Source: Bdellovibrionales bacterium (GTDB lineage: Bacteria > Bdellovibrionota > Bdellovibrionia > Bdellovibrionales > JAGQZY01). Taken from it: a stretch of DNA of 64,000 bases. Shown piece by piece: positions 1-8,790 of this stretch; the stretch's first letter is position 1; each line of letters opens with the position of its first letter. The notes under the pieces are model-generated. The model had not been told where the DNA came from. It did no database searches and worked only from the letters and a program-made list of their open reading frames with translations. The DNA is taken from the NCBI GenBank assembly GCA_019750295.1, contig JAIEOS010000012.1:22605-86604 (forward strand). The letters run 5' to 3'. The translations under genes and the position numbers were made by a program.

Positions 1-457
1 CCTTGATCTGAAAAAAGACTTTTGAGTTTGGACCCTCGGAGCTGACGTTGTCGCAAAGACTATAGAGTTCCGTACCAAGAACTTTAAGAAGGCGATACTT
101 GTCTGTCTGCTCTCCAAGCTCTCGAATGATTCGAGACAGGTCATCAACGAGTCCAATCTGAGCTTCTTTGCTCCGAAGGGATGACCAAAACTGCTCGTAA
201 CCTTCGCGGCTTGCTGTGCGTCCGGTCTTCGCTTCATCTTTGAAGATGAGATGTGGCGGAATTACAATGTTGTATTTAGCGGTCGAGAATTTGATAAGGG
301 GAATTTGACCGCGATCGAGATAGTAGAGAAGCCGATTGATCTGATCGTTCGCAGACTCTCGATTCTGGTTGTCCGATGAGTATCGGGCATAAATAGCTGC
401 ATAGACCGTAGGCTTTGCACTCGTCTGTTCTAATCGCTTTGATAATCCTCCTGACAT
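1..457 (-). CDS. Large serine recombinase, N-terminal catalytic domain (partial, continues beyond window start)
   Basis: Absent from the ORF track because it runs off the edge. The minus-strand frame from ATG 455-457 is open down to base 1 (checked codon by codon): MSGGLSKRLEQTSAKPTVYAAIYARYSSDNQNRESANDQINRLL... YARYSSDNQ (365-391) is the catalytic-serine motif of resolvase/invertase-type recombinases. Confidence 0.75.
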   Translation of the reverse strand, partial: MSGGLSKRLEQTSAKPTVYAAIYARYSSDNQNRESANDQINRLLYYLDRGQIPLIKFSTAKYNIVIPPHLIFKDEAKTGRTASREGYEQFWSSLRSKEAQIGLVDDLSRIIRELGEQTDKYRLLKVLGTELYSLCDNVSSEGPNSKVFFQIK

Positions 458-765
458 TTGCTCCCTACCATTTCATTACAAATCAAACTTAAAATTCCTT
501 CCATTGCTGCACCGAACTTACTCGACCTATTAAACGCAATGTCGAGTTTGATGCTCGCTCGTTCGCTCTTTTTCCTGCGCCGCTCTTTCTTTCGACTGAC
601 GACGCACTGTTTGCATTGAGTGTCTCTGCCTCCGGGTTTCGAGCGATTTTGGTGAAACTCCTGAGGAGGTTTCTTCTCATCGCAAGTACGGCAGATTCGC
701 AGCCCGTGATTTATATCCCCAGATAGATTGGCTTGGCACCTAGGTTCAACTCCGTTATCCGTCAT
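430..765 (-). CDS. Small zinc-ribbon protein (two CxxC pairs, basic tail)
   Basis: 111-aa ORF with CRTC ... CKQC followed by KKERRRKK. Its 3-prime end overlaps the start of the serine recombinase gene by 28 nt on the same strand. No family recognised by eye. Confidence 0.45.
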   Translation of the reverse strand: MTDNGVEPRCQANLSGDINHGLRICRTCDEKKPPQEFHQNRSKPGGRDTQCKQCVVSRKKERRRKKSERASIKLDIAFNRSSKFGAAMEGILSLICNEMVGSKCQEDYQSD

Positions 766-842
766 TCATAAAACGCATCCTCCTTCCCGCATGATTTCAT
801 TCGCCTATTGGCGCCTGACCTGCCCGTGATTACCCTTACCAA

Positions 843-2549
843 TCAAAAACCAGAGAACTCTTCTTCGCTTTCGTTGTGCTCAAGAATTGGTTCAAACCTT
901 CCTTCGCGCCACTCACACTCGATCTTCAGCCCTTGACGATCTCCAAAACGCTGCTTGTGCAAAATGAATGTTGTTCGGTTGACATCGAAGTCCGGCCTGA
1001 TCTCAATTACTGTTTGAGCGTGGTTATAGATCGTTCTGTCGTTTTGAATTTGGGAGGCAATATCAGATGCCTCTCGCGCGTCCTTTATCTGAGCGAATAG
1101 CAAAACCGGAGTCACACAGACTTGTGCAAACTGTTTCAGAAAGAAGCCGAACTCCTTTGATATCTCATAAGATGCCTTCTGCGGCGAACTGCGGCTGGTT
1201 GAGATGGTTTGAAGGTAATCGATCAAAACCATTCCATGATCTGATTGGTTGTCTCGGACATACTCGAGCACTGACTTTACGTCTTCGAGGGCAGTCATGT
1301 CCCACGACTCTCTAAGAGCCGGGATTACTATGAGCACTTTAATAAGATTCTCCACGAACTTGCGAATCTCTTTCATTTCAGCTTTGTTAAGTTGCTCTCT
1401 TCGATATTTCTTCCAGTCTTTGCCGGCTAACAGACAGGCGACGCGGGAGTAGACATCTTCAGTTGTTTCTTCATTTGTAATAACCAAAATCCTTCGGCCG
1501 GTAAGAGCGTCCTCCTCTATGATCCGAGCTACTATGTTGGCCGCAAGAGTTGACTTCCCATTACCCGATTTGCCGAGTAATAAAATCAAACCTGATGTCA
1601 GTTTGAAATGATCGTCAAAAGCGGAGCACACGAAAGGCAATGAATTTGCCATAGCAAACTTGCGTTGCTCTCTCTCAGTTCTGACTTGAGTTCTTATTTC
1701 ATCTGAGGTTGGAGGAGAGAAAACTCTTTTCAGCATGGTGCCGGAGAAGTTTGGTTCTCGATTCTGATAAACATCTTTAATCAAAGGAAGATCGTGCTCC
1801 TCATCAAGATCGCCGCTGAAATCACGAGTTGCTTTTCGGAGAAGGTCTGTCGCTTCGTGCATTGGGTAGCCCTTAGCCTTCAGGTCGAAAGTGGCTTTCA
1901 ACATTCGGTGATGCCATTCATGCTTGGGCGCACCGTGAGCAATGAACTCCAAAGTGCTCGAAAAAAGTTTACCTCTGGCTGACTGGCCGTTGGTTGCGCT
2001 TGACCTAGAACTCTCTAATCGAGGCCCTGCTGCCGCTGTCGCGACCGGGAATGCCACGCCGGCAGCGGAGTGAGCTACCTTACGACATCTCTTGTAGAAT
2101 CGAGCCACGTCCTTGCAACTCTTGTCTATGTAGGGCCATCTCTTTTGAGCCTCTAGCCAGGTCGCGAGGTATTGTTCCTTTGAGGTGATTCGTCGTTCGA
2201 GCGGGATAATGACTCGAAATCTATCGCAACAGACTCCGCTGTCTCCCTTTGGCTTTTGATGGTTTTGCGTTGTCGCAATGATGACCTGAAAGCCCTCAAA
2301 GTCTTTCTTTGCCTGATTCAACGTGCATCCATCATCCACATCAAGGACAAGAACATCGGTCGATTTGAAGTTCTTGCCGAGCCTATGCCAAACCTTCGAG
2401 CCATCATCAAGTGTGCTGCTAGAGAAACAAAAGGGGGACCATGAGTGATTGCAGATCACCTCGGCGAGGTCACTGAAACCGATATCCATAACAGCATCGA
2501 CGTATTTTGTAGTAATGGGCTGATCGCCATCGAACAGTGAAATTTTCAT
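843..2549 (-). CDS. AEP primase-polymerase fused to DnaB/RecA-type replicative helicase
   Basis: 568-aa ORF. N-terminal AEP motifs occur in order: VLVLDVDDG (DxD), ATTQNHQK (His), RFRVIIPL. The C-terminal half has P-loop LLLGKSGNGKSTLAAN and Walker B VLIDYLQ, as in DnaB_C-type phage/satellite replicases. Confidence 0.7.
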   Translation of the reverse strand: MKISLFDGDQPITTKYVDAVMDIGFSDLAEVICNHSWSPFCFSSSTLDDGSKVWHRLGKNFKSTDVLVLDVDDGCTLNQAKKDFEGFQVIIATTQNHQKPKGDSGVCCDRFRVIIPLERRITSKEQYLATWLEAQKRWPYIDKSCKDVARFYKRCRKVAHSAAGVAFPVATAAAGPRLESSRSSATNGQSARGKLFSSTLEFIAHGAPKHEWHHRMLKATFDLKAKGYPMHEATDLLRKATRDFSGDLDEEHDLPLIKDVYQNREPNFSGTMLKRVFSPPTSDEIRTQVRTEREQRKFAMANSLPFVCSAFDDHFKLTSGLILLLGKSGNGKSTLAANIVARIIEEDALTGRRILVITNEETTEDVYSRVACLLAGKDWKKYRREQLNKAEMKEIRKFVENLIKVLIVIPALRESWDMTALEDVKSVLEYVRDNQSDHGMVLIDYLQTISTSRSSPQKASYEISKEFGFFLKQFAQVCVTPVLLFAQIKDAREASDIASQIQNDRTIYNHAQTVIEIRPDFDVNRTTFILHKQRFGDRQGLKIECEWREGRFEPILEHNESEEEFSGF

Positions 2550-2766
2550 TTTGCTGCTCCATTGATGTACCCCTGCAGTTTTCTTTTGAGGATTCGCTTT
2601 GGAGCTTCGGTCACAGGATCGGAAGCAATTAACCTCCGCAGTGTCTTGCTTCTCTTCTCTTGCTCCTGCTGTAGGCGAGCTGTCCTGACCTCGGCCGTTT
2701 CAGTAAGAACAATTCGCTCACGTTCATGGTTTTTCAGGCCACGTTTATGGGCAAATTCGGCTTGCT

Positions 2767-3390
2767 CTATGAGTTGATTGCCTTTCTGCGCTGCTTTTCG
2801 GTACCATTAAATTGAATGGTGATCTGGTCGACAATTGTATTGATTAAACCTGCGCGATCGCCATGCCGCTCAAAAAAAGTTTCAATGAGAGACGGAAGTT
2901 CACTAAACGCCTCACGAACATTCTGCGATAAGATTGTCCGAACTTTTTCGATAAAATGAGAGACATCTTTTGTCTCTTCTGCGAAGGAAGAGAAATCACT
3001 TTTTTCTTTCTTCTTTTCTTTTTGGGCCGAACTTTCTCCGGAGTCGCGCTCCTTTCGCTTGGCGTATTCATCAGCAATTTCAACAATGTTGGGAATGTTG
3101 ATCGAAAGTTTACCCTCAAGTAACGTATAGACTACTGCTCCGTTACTTCTGGCTATATCAAGGACTAACTGAAAGGTGTCCTTAGCGTTATGATGGAGAT
3201 CAACTTCTCGAAGCCAATCCTCTTCTGGCATGACAAGCGCGAAACTATTCCCCTGACCAGCTTTGTATTTTTCGCAGACTGTATCTACCAGGTTTTGATA
3301 AACTGATACGGCCTTGTGACCCTTACTCCTTTTGAGTTCACGATAAAGTTGGCTGCGACGAAAATCGGTGAAGCGGCGGCTATATCTCAT
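2767..3390 (-). CDS. Hypothetical protein
   Basis: 207-aa ORF with a charged Lys/Glu-rich centre (QKEKKKEKSDF) and no recognisable motif. It is followed by an orphan open frame, 2549-2806 (see findings). Confidence 0.45.
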   Translation of the reverse strand: MRYSRRFTDFRRSQLYRELKRSKGHKAVSVYQNLVDTVCEKYKAGQGNSFALVMPEEDWLREVDLHHNAKDTFQLVLDIARSNGAVVYTLLEGKLSINIPNIVEIADEYAKRKERDSGESSAQKEKKKEKSDFSSFAEETKDVSHFIEKVRTILSQNVREAFSELPSLIETFFERHGDRAGLINTIVDQITIQFNGTEKQRRKAINS

Positions 3391-3598
3391 CGTTCCCCCG
3401 TCTCATATCATTTTCTTTCTGCTTCGACGTAAGGACGGCATAACGTCCAAACCCAGAGCTGCCGAAAATCTGAAGAACACGTCTTCGGATCAGCGGCCAC
3501 GCATCTGTATTGCCATAACTGGCTTCGAGCAAATCAAGGAGATTGCGACGGGTGTAATTGATAAATTCTTCGAGGGGTTGGTCTTCAAACTGATCCAT
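3380..3598 (-). CDS. Hypothetical small protein
   Basis: 72-aa ORF. Its end overlaps the start of the 207-aa ORF by 11 nt on the same strand. No motif recognised. Confidence 0.35.
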   Translation of the reverse strand: MDQFEDQPLEEFINYTRRNLLDLLEASYGNTDAWPLIRRRVLQIFGSSGFGRYAVLTSKQKENDMRRGNDEI

Positions 3599-3685
3599 GC
3601 CACAATCTCCTTGCCGTAAATGCGAACGAGATCGGTTATGCAGGAGAATGGATTTTCAATCCAATTAAGGAAGAAACTCTCTCGA

Positions 3686-4357
3686 TTAACGATGCGGCGG
3701 GGTGAAGAAGCACCAAGGAGCAAGGGCTGTAATCTCATCGAAGCCGTCAACCTTACCCTTCAAACTTGCAGACTGAAGGGTATCGCTTCTACCTGTTGCA
3801 AATATATCGTGAAAGATCGGACTGAACTCAGTTGGCATCATCCCCAAGGTCTTCAGATAGTGATGACAAACAATGTATTCCACCAACTGAGCTTGTCGAA
3901 GACTTCGCATAGCACTCTCCGACGAGGTGGGCTCCTGACTAGTAAGAAACCGCATCACCTGATCTTGGCTAGCAAAAGGGTTCAGGACAAAGACTGGCTG
4001 CTCATCTGGCAATAAAATGTCGCCCCAATCTTGGAGGTACTTCCATTTTGGAAGAGGTCGGACGGCTTTATATTCGAAGCATGGCGATAAGTCCGTTCCG
4101 TCATCGTCGCGTTCATGGGGTAGAACCTCAAGCTGGTAGTCAACCGTCGTTGATAAACACCAAGCGTTTGCAAAAAACATTGGTAGCTCACCTGAGTCGT
4201 CATTCGCCGCATCCACTTTCAATTTGTCGTAGCTTGTCCGATACTTTTTATTGAATCTAAGGAACTGCCAAATCAACTGAGCGCGAAGCCCATCAACTCT
4301 CCCAGAATATGGCAAATCAATTTCGAGACCCGCAAGGGTCTTGAAGAACTCCTTCAT
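3686..4357 (-). CDS. Hypothetical protein with RovC/DUF6499-like N-terminal motif
   Basis: The track ORF is 3686-4387; the likely start is ATG 4357, just after GGAGG. LIWQFLRFNKKYRTSY resembles the W-x-F-L-R-R-N-x-x-Y-R signature of transcriptional-regulator-domain proteins frequent on integrative elements (recalled, not searched). Confidence 0.4.
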   Translation of the reverse strand: MKEFFKTLAGLEIDLPYSGRVDGLRAQLIWQFLRFNKKYRTSYDKLKVDAANDDSGELPMFFANAWCLSTTVDYQLEVLPHERDDDGTDLSPCFEYKAVRPLPKWKYLQDWGDILLPDEQPVFVLNPFASQDQVMRFLTSQEPTSSESAMRSLRQAQLVEYIVCHHYLKTLGMMPTEFSPIFHDIFATGRSDTLQSASLKGKVDGFDEITALAPWCFFTPPHR

Positions 4358-4579
4358 AGTGCCTCCTACCGCACTCCTAAAAATCAAACTGTGCCAGGTC
4401 GGTTAGGATACCGACTCTTCAAGCCGTCGCTCTAGGCACATGGCCTTATATCGTAAATGAACCATGTTGAGCAACTGTCGGTTCCACTGTGTCCTGGGCC
4501 AAAAAATTCACAATTTTAGCGAGAGCCCAGAGTGAGTCCGAGTGGTAGAGGAGAATCCTAAAAAAAGACACCCGGGGGG

Positions 4580-5185
4580 TCACAACACAGCATCCACTCG
4601 AACTTGAGTTTGCTCAGTGAAGTGCAAGTACATCGCGGTGATCGTCGGCGATGAGTGACCTAGGATCTTCTGGACCTCGGCGAGATTGAACCCGTTGTTC
4701 AGGAGGAAGGTCGCAAAGTGATGGCGCAGGCTGTGGTAATTGATTGATCGCTTGATGTTGCATCTCAACCTCCAATAAGTGAATCTTCGCGCAACTGCAT
4801 GGCGGGTGAATGGCTTACCGTTGCGGTTCAAGAACAAGAATGACTCTGGATTCACGGATTGGTTCATCACGCCAACTTTGATTCGGATCAGTTCATCAAT
4901 GGCGGCACGACCTCGCTTACCGATTGGAATTACGCGGAGCTTGCGACCCTTGCCGATCACCTTTAAGGAGTTCTCGGCGATGTCACCGATCTTGATACTC
5001 GCAGCCTCTGAAACCCGAAGCCCGGTCAGTGAACCGATCAAGATCAAAAAGTAGTCGTTGATGAAATGGATATGCCGAGCAGTTCGTAGGGACTGGTCCA
5101 TCGATGGCTTGATCGTTTTCAAAATGAGTCTGAGTTCGGACTCGGAGAGGATCTTATCTTCGGTCAGAGCGTAATTCTGGTTCAA
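4580..5185 (-). CDS. Tyrosine recombinase/integrase (short, catalytic domain only)
   Basis: 201 aa with LTGLRVSEAASIKIGDI (Arg I), HSLRHHFAT (HxxR) and LGHSSPTITAMYLH (His and Tyr nucleophile). TTG start lies 7 nt after AAGGAGG. Confidence 0.85.
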   Translation of the reverse strand: MNQNYALTEDKILSESELRLILKTIKPSMDQSLRTARHIHFINDYFLILIGSLTGLRVSEAASIKIGDIAENSLKVIGKGRKLRVIPIGKRGRAAIDELIRIKVGVMNQSVNPESFLFLNRNGKPFTRHAVARRFTYWRLRCNIKRSINYHSLRHHFATFLLNNGFNLAEVQKILGHSSPTITAMYLHFTEQTQVRVDAVL

Positions 5186-5448
5186 TTTGAACCTCCTTGT
5201 GACCGTAGTTATCGGATCACAAGATTAGCTTCCCAACTGATAACGGGTTCGGCACCGGGCAAGATCGGACCGATTTGACCACTACCGGAACCACCACAGA
5301 AAGCACATGGTTAGAAGGATAGTTATCATTCCCCATGTTCTGGTAACTGGAATGAAGTGAACCAGCGAAATTCAATGTTCGGGCCCGACGGCGAGGGTCG
5401 CTGGCCAACGCATCAGGAGAGAGCGTTTACGCTCGAATAAATCGATGT

Positions 5449-5811
5449 CTATGATCCGAAAAGGCCGCCAGACTTCTCCAACTTGGGGAGATGGCCAAAG
5501 GGCATCGGTTCCTCCGGAGCCAAGTTGCGCTTGTCTTGTTGTTGGCCCGCGATGAACCGAATGTGGTCCTCTCTCTTCCACGTCTGGGCCTCTACTCCGT
5601 CAAAGGCACGGAACAAAGCCGCCATGATTTTGAGATCACCCATCTCAAGTTCTGTCAGCGTGTTGAATGAAACTGGCAAGTGCTCTCGAAAATACCGGCG
5701 ACGGTACCAGCGAAAAAAGCGGTTCACTTCGTTCGATGCTTTCTTGGGATTCCTTGGTTTGCGTCGCATCTTTGGACCGAACGGATCTAGTATTCTATCT
5801 CTTACGTTCAT
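5449..5811 (-). CDS. Hypothetical basic protein
   Basis: 120-aa ORF between the XRE gene and the integrase on the same strand. The N-terminus is Arg/Lys-rich. No motif recognised. Confidence 0.4.
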   Translation of the reverse strand: MNVRDRILDPFGPKMRRKPRNPKKASNEVNRFFRWYRRRYFREHLPVSFNTLTELEMGDLKIMAALFRAFDGVEAQTWKREDHIRFIAGQQQDKRNLAPEEPMPFGHLPKLEKSGGLFGS

Positions 5812-5856
5812 ACCCCCTCCTTGGTTTTTTATTTTATCAAAAGGGGCATGGACAGT

Positions 5857-6081
5857 CTATCGCAGCGGCACTATGAACAGAGACTCGACGGAACGCACCT
5901 TCAGAGTTCTTCGCAGTTTGATCGCAAGATCGACTCTCGGCATGGTTTCACCTTTTTCAAGTTGAACGATTGTCTCACGGCTTACACCAACTCGGCGAGC
6001 CAGCTCGGATTGCGTGAGTTGGTCGTTCATATGCTTCTCGTTGTAGAACTCTCTGGCTGCTCTCAATGGATTCATCTTCAC
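5857..6081 (-). CDS. XRE-family HTH transcriptional regulator
   Basis: 74 aa. LTQSELARRVGVSRETIVQLEKGETMP is a typical HTH_3/XRE motif. Confidence 0.75.
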   Translation of the reverse strand: MKMNPLRAAREFYNEKHMNDQLTQSELARRVGVSRETIVQLEKGETMPRVDLAIKLRRTLKVRSVESLFIVPLR

Positions 6082-6087
6082 CCCCTG

Positions 6088-6117
6088 CTAAAAGTGTAAA
6101 CCAAAGTTCACTTTTAG
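6088..6117. promoter_or_regulatory. Inverted repeat, candidate operator of the 74-aa XRE gene
   Basis: CTAAAAGTG (6088-6096) - N12 - CACTTTTAG (6109-6117), beginning 7 nt upstream of the GTG start at 6081. Confidence 0.3.
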
Positions 6118-6364
6118 GTAAATTCGCATACCGTCTCGGGTAGGGCGAGCTTCCGGGGTTTTGAAATTGAAAGGCCATACCCCTATGCCCTAAGTGGCTC
6201 GACAAAAACAAGTGAGGTTTCAGCCAATTACGGATTCGCCCTTGCGAAAGCACACCTAAAAACAATGCTTTTTCAAGTATGGCGGCCAGTGACGGTGAAT
6301 GTCCGGATGTGTCCGGTTTGAAGGACCTTCTTCACGAAAAATTGCTAGAATTTGTCGGTACCAA

Positions 6365-6973
6365 TTACTTGCCAGTTGGGCTCCGTTCAAACTGTCTTTG
6401 CGCCTCCTCTTTGGAGAGTTCTCGGTACTGTTCAAGTCGTTCGGATGTCTGAAATGGTTTGAAGTTTGCCGGATAGCTTTCATTGAGTTTTGCCACCGCC
6501 TCATCCCACTTCGGGTAGAAGCCAGCTTCGCTGGACTCCGCATCGGTTTGTATCGCCGTAATCACTTCGCCAGTATTCGCATCCATGATCGAAAGGTATT
6601 GCCGGCAAACTTGATACCACCTCCCGATAAGCCACCCCTGTTCCTTCTTGCACTGAGCATGAGCAACAACAATCCCACCAACGCCATAGAGTTTGCCCCA
6701 GTGGGCCCACTTCTCACGGTCTTCATACCGGTCAGACTCTTCACGGTGAAGCCGTTGCTGTTCGGTTTTGATGGCCCTGAAACCACTGGAGCGATCAACA
6801 ACGAACCACTTGCCGGAATCCACAAGGGCTTGCTGGATCATCACATGATGTTCGGCAGGTATCGAGTCTGGGTCGATCATTACTCTCATTGTCTTGTCGG
6901 TCCATTTGGTTCGCGGTGTGGATGCGCAGCCAAGCAAGCAGGCTAATCCTAAAATGCATACTGTCAGCTTCAT
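6365..6973 (-). CDS. Lipoprotein
   Basis: MKLTVCILGLACLLGCAS carries a lipobox (LLGC). The likely start is ATG 6973 after GAGGA; the track start 7039 lies upstream of the signal peptide. Confidence 0.6.
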   Translation of the reverse strand: MKLTVCILGLACLLGCASTPRTKWTDKTMRVMIDPDSIPAEHHVMIQQALVDSGKWFVVDRSSGFRAIKTEQQRLHREESDRYEDREKWAHWGKLYGVGGIVVAHAQCKKEQGWLIGRWYQVCRQYLSIMDANTGEVITAIQTDAESSEAGFYPKWDEAVAKLNESYPANFKPFQTSERLEQYRELSKEEAQRQFERSPTGK

Positions 6974-6995
6974 AACATTCTCCTCATTTTTCAGC

Positions 6996-7772
6996 TTACC
7001 GAGCTTCACCGCTCCACTTAGAATCAAAACCGCCACCAAGGGCGGCCGGACTTTTCAAAGCGGTCGGAAGTTTTGATCCAGTAAAGGCAAGGTCGCCCAA
7101 GCATTGCCTTGGGGCCTCTAAGAAGATGACTTTGCGACCTTGATAGTCGCCGTGGATGTAACTCACCCATTGCATGAAATCGAATTTGATCTTCAGGTTG
7201 TCGAAGCAATCCCTGAATTGAGGAGGAACACGCAACCACAGGTTCCCCTGATCGCCGTCGCCGTACTTGAACATATAGTAGCCGCCTTCTGGGTCCCATG
7301 ATTCAACCTTGCTATCCAACTGATCGACGGCCAGTTGAAAGATGTATCGTTTGCGTTTTGAAGGCGGTGACATATCAGCGAAATCTTCTTTGCCAGCTTC
7401 TTGCTTGGGGAGTGGTTGGAATTTCTGATGCTTTACCGAAAACTCCCACTGCTTGTAGAGGAAGATGTCTGTGGTTTGCCCGCCGGGTGGCTTTGTTCTG
7501 TACGGCTTTTCGATGGTGTCGGCATGGTTTGGATCATCTCCGTCCACAATGACAACGCTCTCCTTGAGTAAACGGTAGCGTTTTTGGTCAGGCGTTTCGT
7601 TTGCCTTTACAAATTCGTCCATCTTCTTTCTGGACTCTTCCATTTTCTTGATTTTCTCTAACCGCTCTTGCTCTCGCTTCTGGATGATCTTTTGAACGAG
7701 GCCCTCATCGGCAAATGCTTGAGTCCCGATGACTAGGCCAAGTAGAAATACGATGATTGTCTTAGCTATCAT
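6996..7772 (-). CDS. Secreted protein of unknown function
   Basis: MIAKTIIVFLLGLVIGTQAFA is a signal peptide starting at ATG 7772. The 3-prime end sits close to the lipoprotein gene. Confidence 0.55.
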   Translation of the reverse strand: MIAKTIIVFLLGLVIGTQAFADEGLVQKIIQKREQERLEKIKKMEESRKKMDEFVKANETPDQKRYRLLKESVVIVDGDDPNHADTIEKPYRTKPPGGQTTDIFLYKQWEFSVKHQKFQPLPKQEAGKEDFADMSPPSKRKRYIFQLAVDQLDSKVESWDPEGGYYMFKYGDGDQGNLWLRVPPQFRDCFDNLKIKFDFMQWVSYIHGDYQGRKVIFLEAPRQCLGDLAFTGSKLPTALKSPAALGGGFDSKWSGEAR

Positions 7773-7776
7773 TTTG

Positions 7777-8115
7777 CTACTCCTGTTTCTTTCTGCGGAG
7801 CCGCCGGGCGCTGATTTCAAAGACCCCGCTGAACATGGGGTCATCTTCGCCTTCAAACAATTCGGCGAGTGATACGTTTTGAAGATCGACCCGGCTATGA
7901 ATCCCGGTTAAAAGCCACTGGAAGTCGCAACTCAAAGCCCTACATAGTTTTTCAATTTTCAAATGATCGTGTGGGAGAGAATTACCTGAAACCCAGTCCG
8001 ACATTGTAGCCGGAGTTACCTCGGCCATCGCTGCGGCAGCCTTTTGTGAAATCCCGCGCTCCGCAAGAATCGAACTTAGATTCTTACAGAAGGGACTTTC
8101 GATTTTTTTTCTCAT
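7777..8115 (-). CDS. XRE-family HTH transcriptional regulator
   Basis: HTH segment ERGISQKAAAAMAEVTPATMSDWVSGNSLP. The likely start is ATG 8115 (MRKKIESPF); the track start is TTG 8175. Confidence 0.65.
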   Translation of the reverse strand: MRKKIESPFCKNLSSILAERGISQKAAAAMAEVTPATMSDWVSGNSLPHDHLKIEKLCRALSCDFQWLLTGIHSRVDLQNVSLAELFEGEDDPMFSGVFEISARRLRRKKQE

Positions 8116-8149
8116 GGGTTTTTGTTTTGCCAACGGCGAACTCCTCCAC

Positions 8150-8339
8150 GAATCTTCTCGGCATCTCAAAATCAACCTAGAGGTCAGTTTCGGAGAACCG
8201 AACCGATTCGCTTCTCCTAATCTTCACCGTGCCGAACCCAATAAGCACCGCTGTGAACCAACGTGAACCGTGACATTTCATCAACGCAAATTTATGATCC
8301 TCGAACTAAATTGGTTTGAACTATTGTGAGAATCTTCTC
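8150..8339. promoter_or_regulatory. Divergent promoter/operator region between two HTH genes
   Basis: The 10-mer GAATCTTCTC occurs at 8150-8159 and 8330-8339. GTGAACC occurs at 8253-8259 and 8263-8269, in 10-bp register. Confidence 0.35.
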
Positions 8340-8348
8340 AGCGGAGAA

Positions 8349-8777
8349 ATGAAAATCGAGCTCGTTGATTTTGAATCATTCAGACAGAACTCTTATCGCG
8401 GCCGCCTTCGGCAACTTTATCTTCGCATTGATGCAACGGCACCTAGTTATGATCTCGGGACCGAAAAACGAAAGACGTTTTTTGTGACAGCTCAGGGTGA
8501 GTTCATCTCTGTTTTGCGGCTCAAACGACAAACATCCATCGAATCCGTCGCACAGTTTCTGAAAGTCTCGATCAACGATGTTGAGAAGATCGAACTTGGA
8601 GAGGCGAAGCTCGATGACCGTGACTTTTTCAGGCTATGCACCTTTTTAGGGGGCGAAGTTGAGGCTTCAGTTTTTATTGAGAAAATGGAGAAGGTGATGA
8701 CTCCCGGAATGAGAGATGCAAGACGGAGTCTTAGCAAGTCACTCCGAAGCTACGGGATTACCTTTGCCGACGAGTGA
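8349..8777 (+). CDS. HTH-domain protein (XRE-like)
   Basis: SIESVAQFLKVSINDVEKIELGEAKL is HTH-like. The likely start is ATG 8349 after GGAG; the track start is TTG 8316. It is the only plus-strand gene in the element. Confidence 0.55.
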   Translation: MKIELVDFESFRQNSYRGRLRQLYLRIDATAPSYDLGTEKRKTFFVTAQGEFISVLRLKRQTSIESVAQFLKVSINDVEKIELGEAKLDDRDFFRLCTFLGGEVEASVFIEKMEKVMTPGMRDARRSLSKSLRSYGITFADE

Positions 8778-8790
8778 CCGCCCCACAGAA

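Noticed and set aside
5196-5223. Hairpin CTTGTGACCG-TAGTTAT-CGGATCACAAG overlapping the integrase SD (5192-5198)
   Set aside because: It could gate int translation or terminate the upstream gene. However, it has a bulge, only 3 nt of the SD are paired and there is no U tract. It is not strong enough to report as a feature.
5483-6946. Long plus-strand ORFs 5483-5965 (160 aa) and 6299-6946 (215 aa)
   Set aside because: They are antisense to minus-strand genes that have clear features (XRE HTH, lipobox lipoprotein with RBS). Their own sequences are Arg/Ser/Leu/Phe-rich with no motif.
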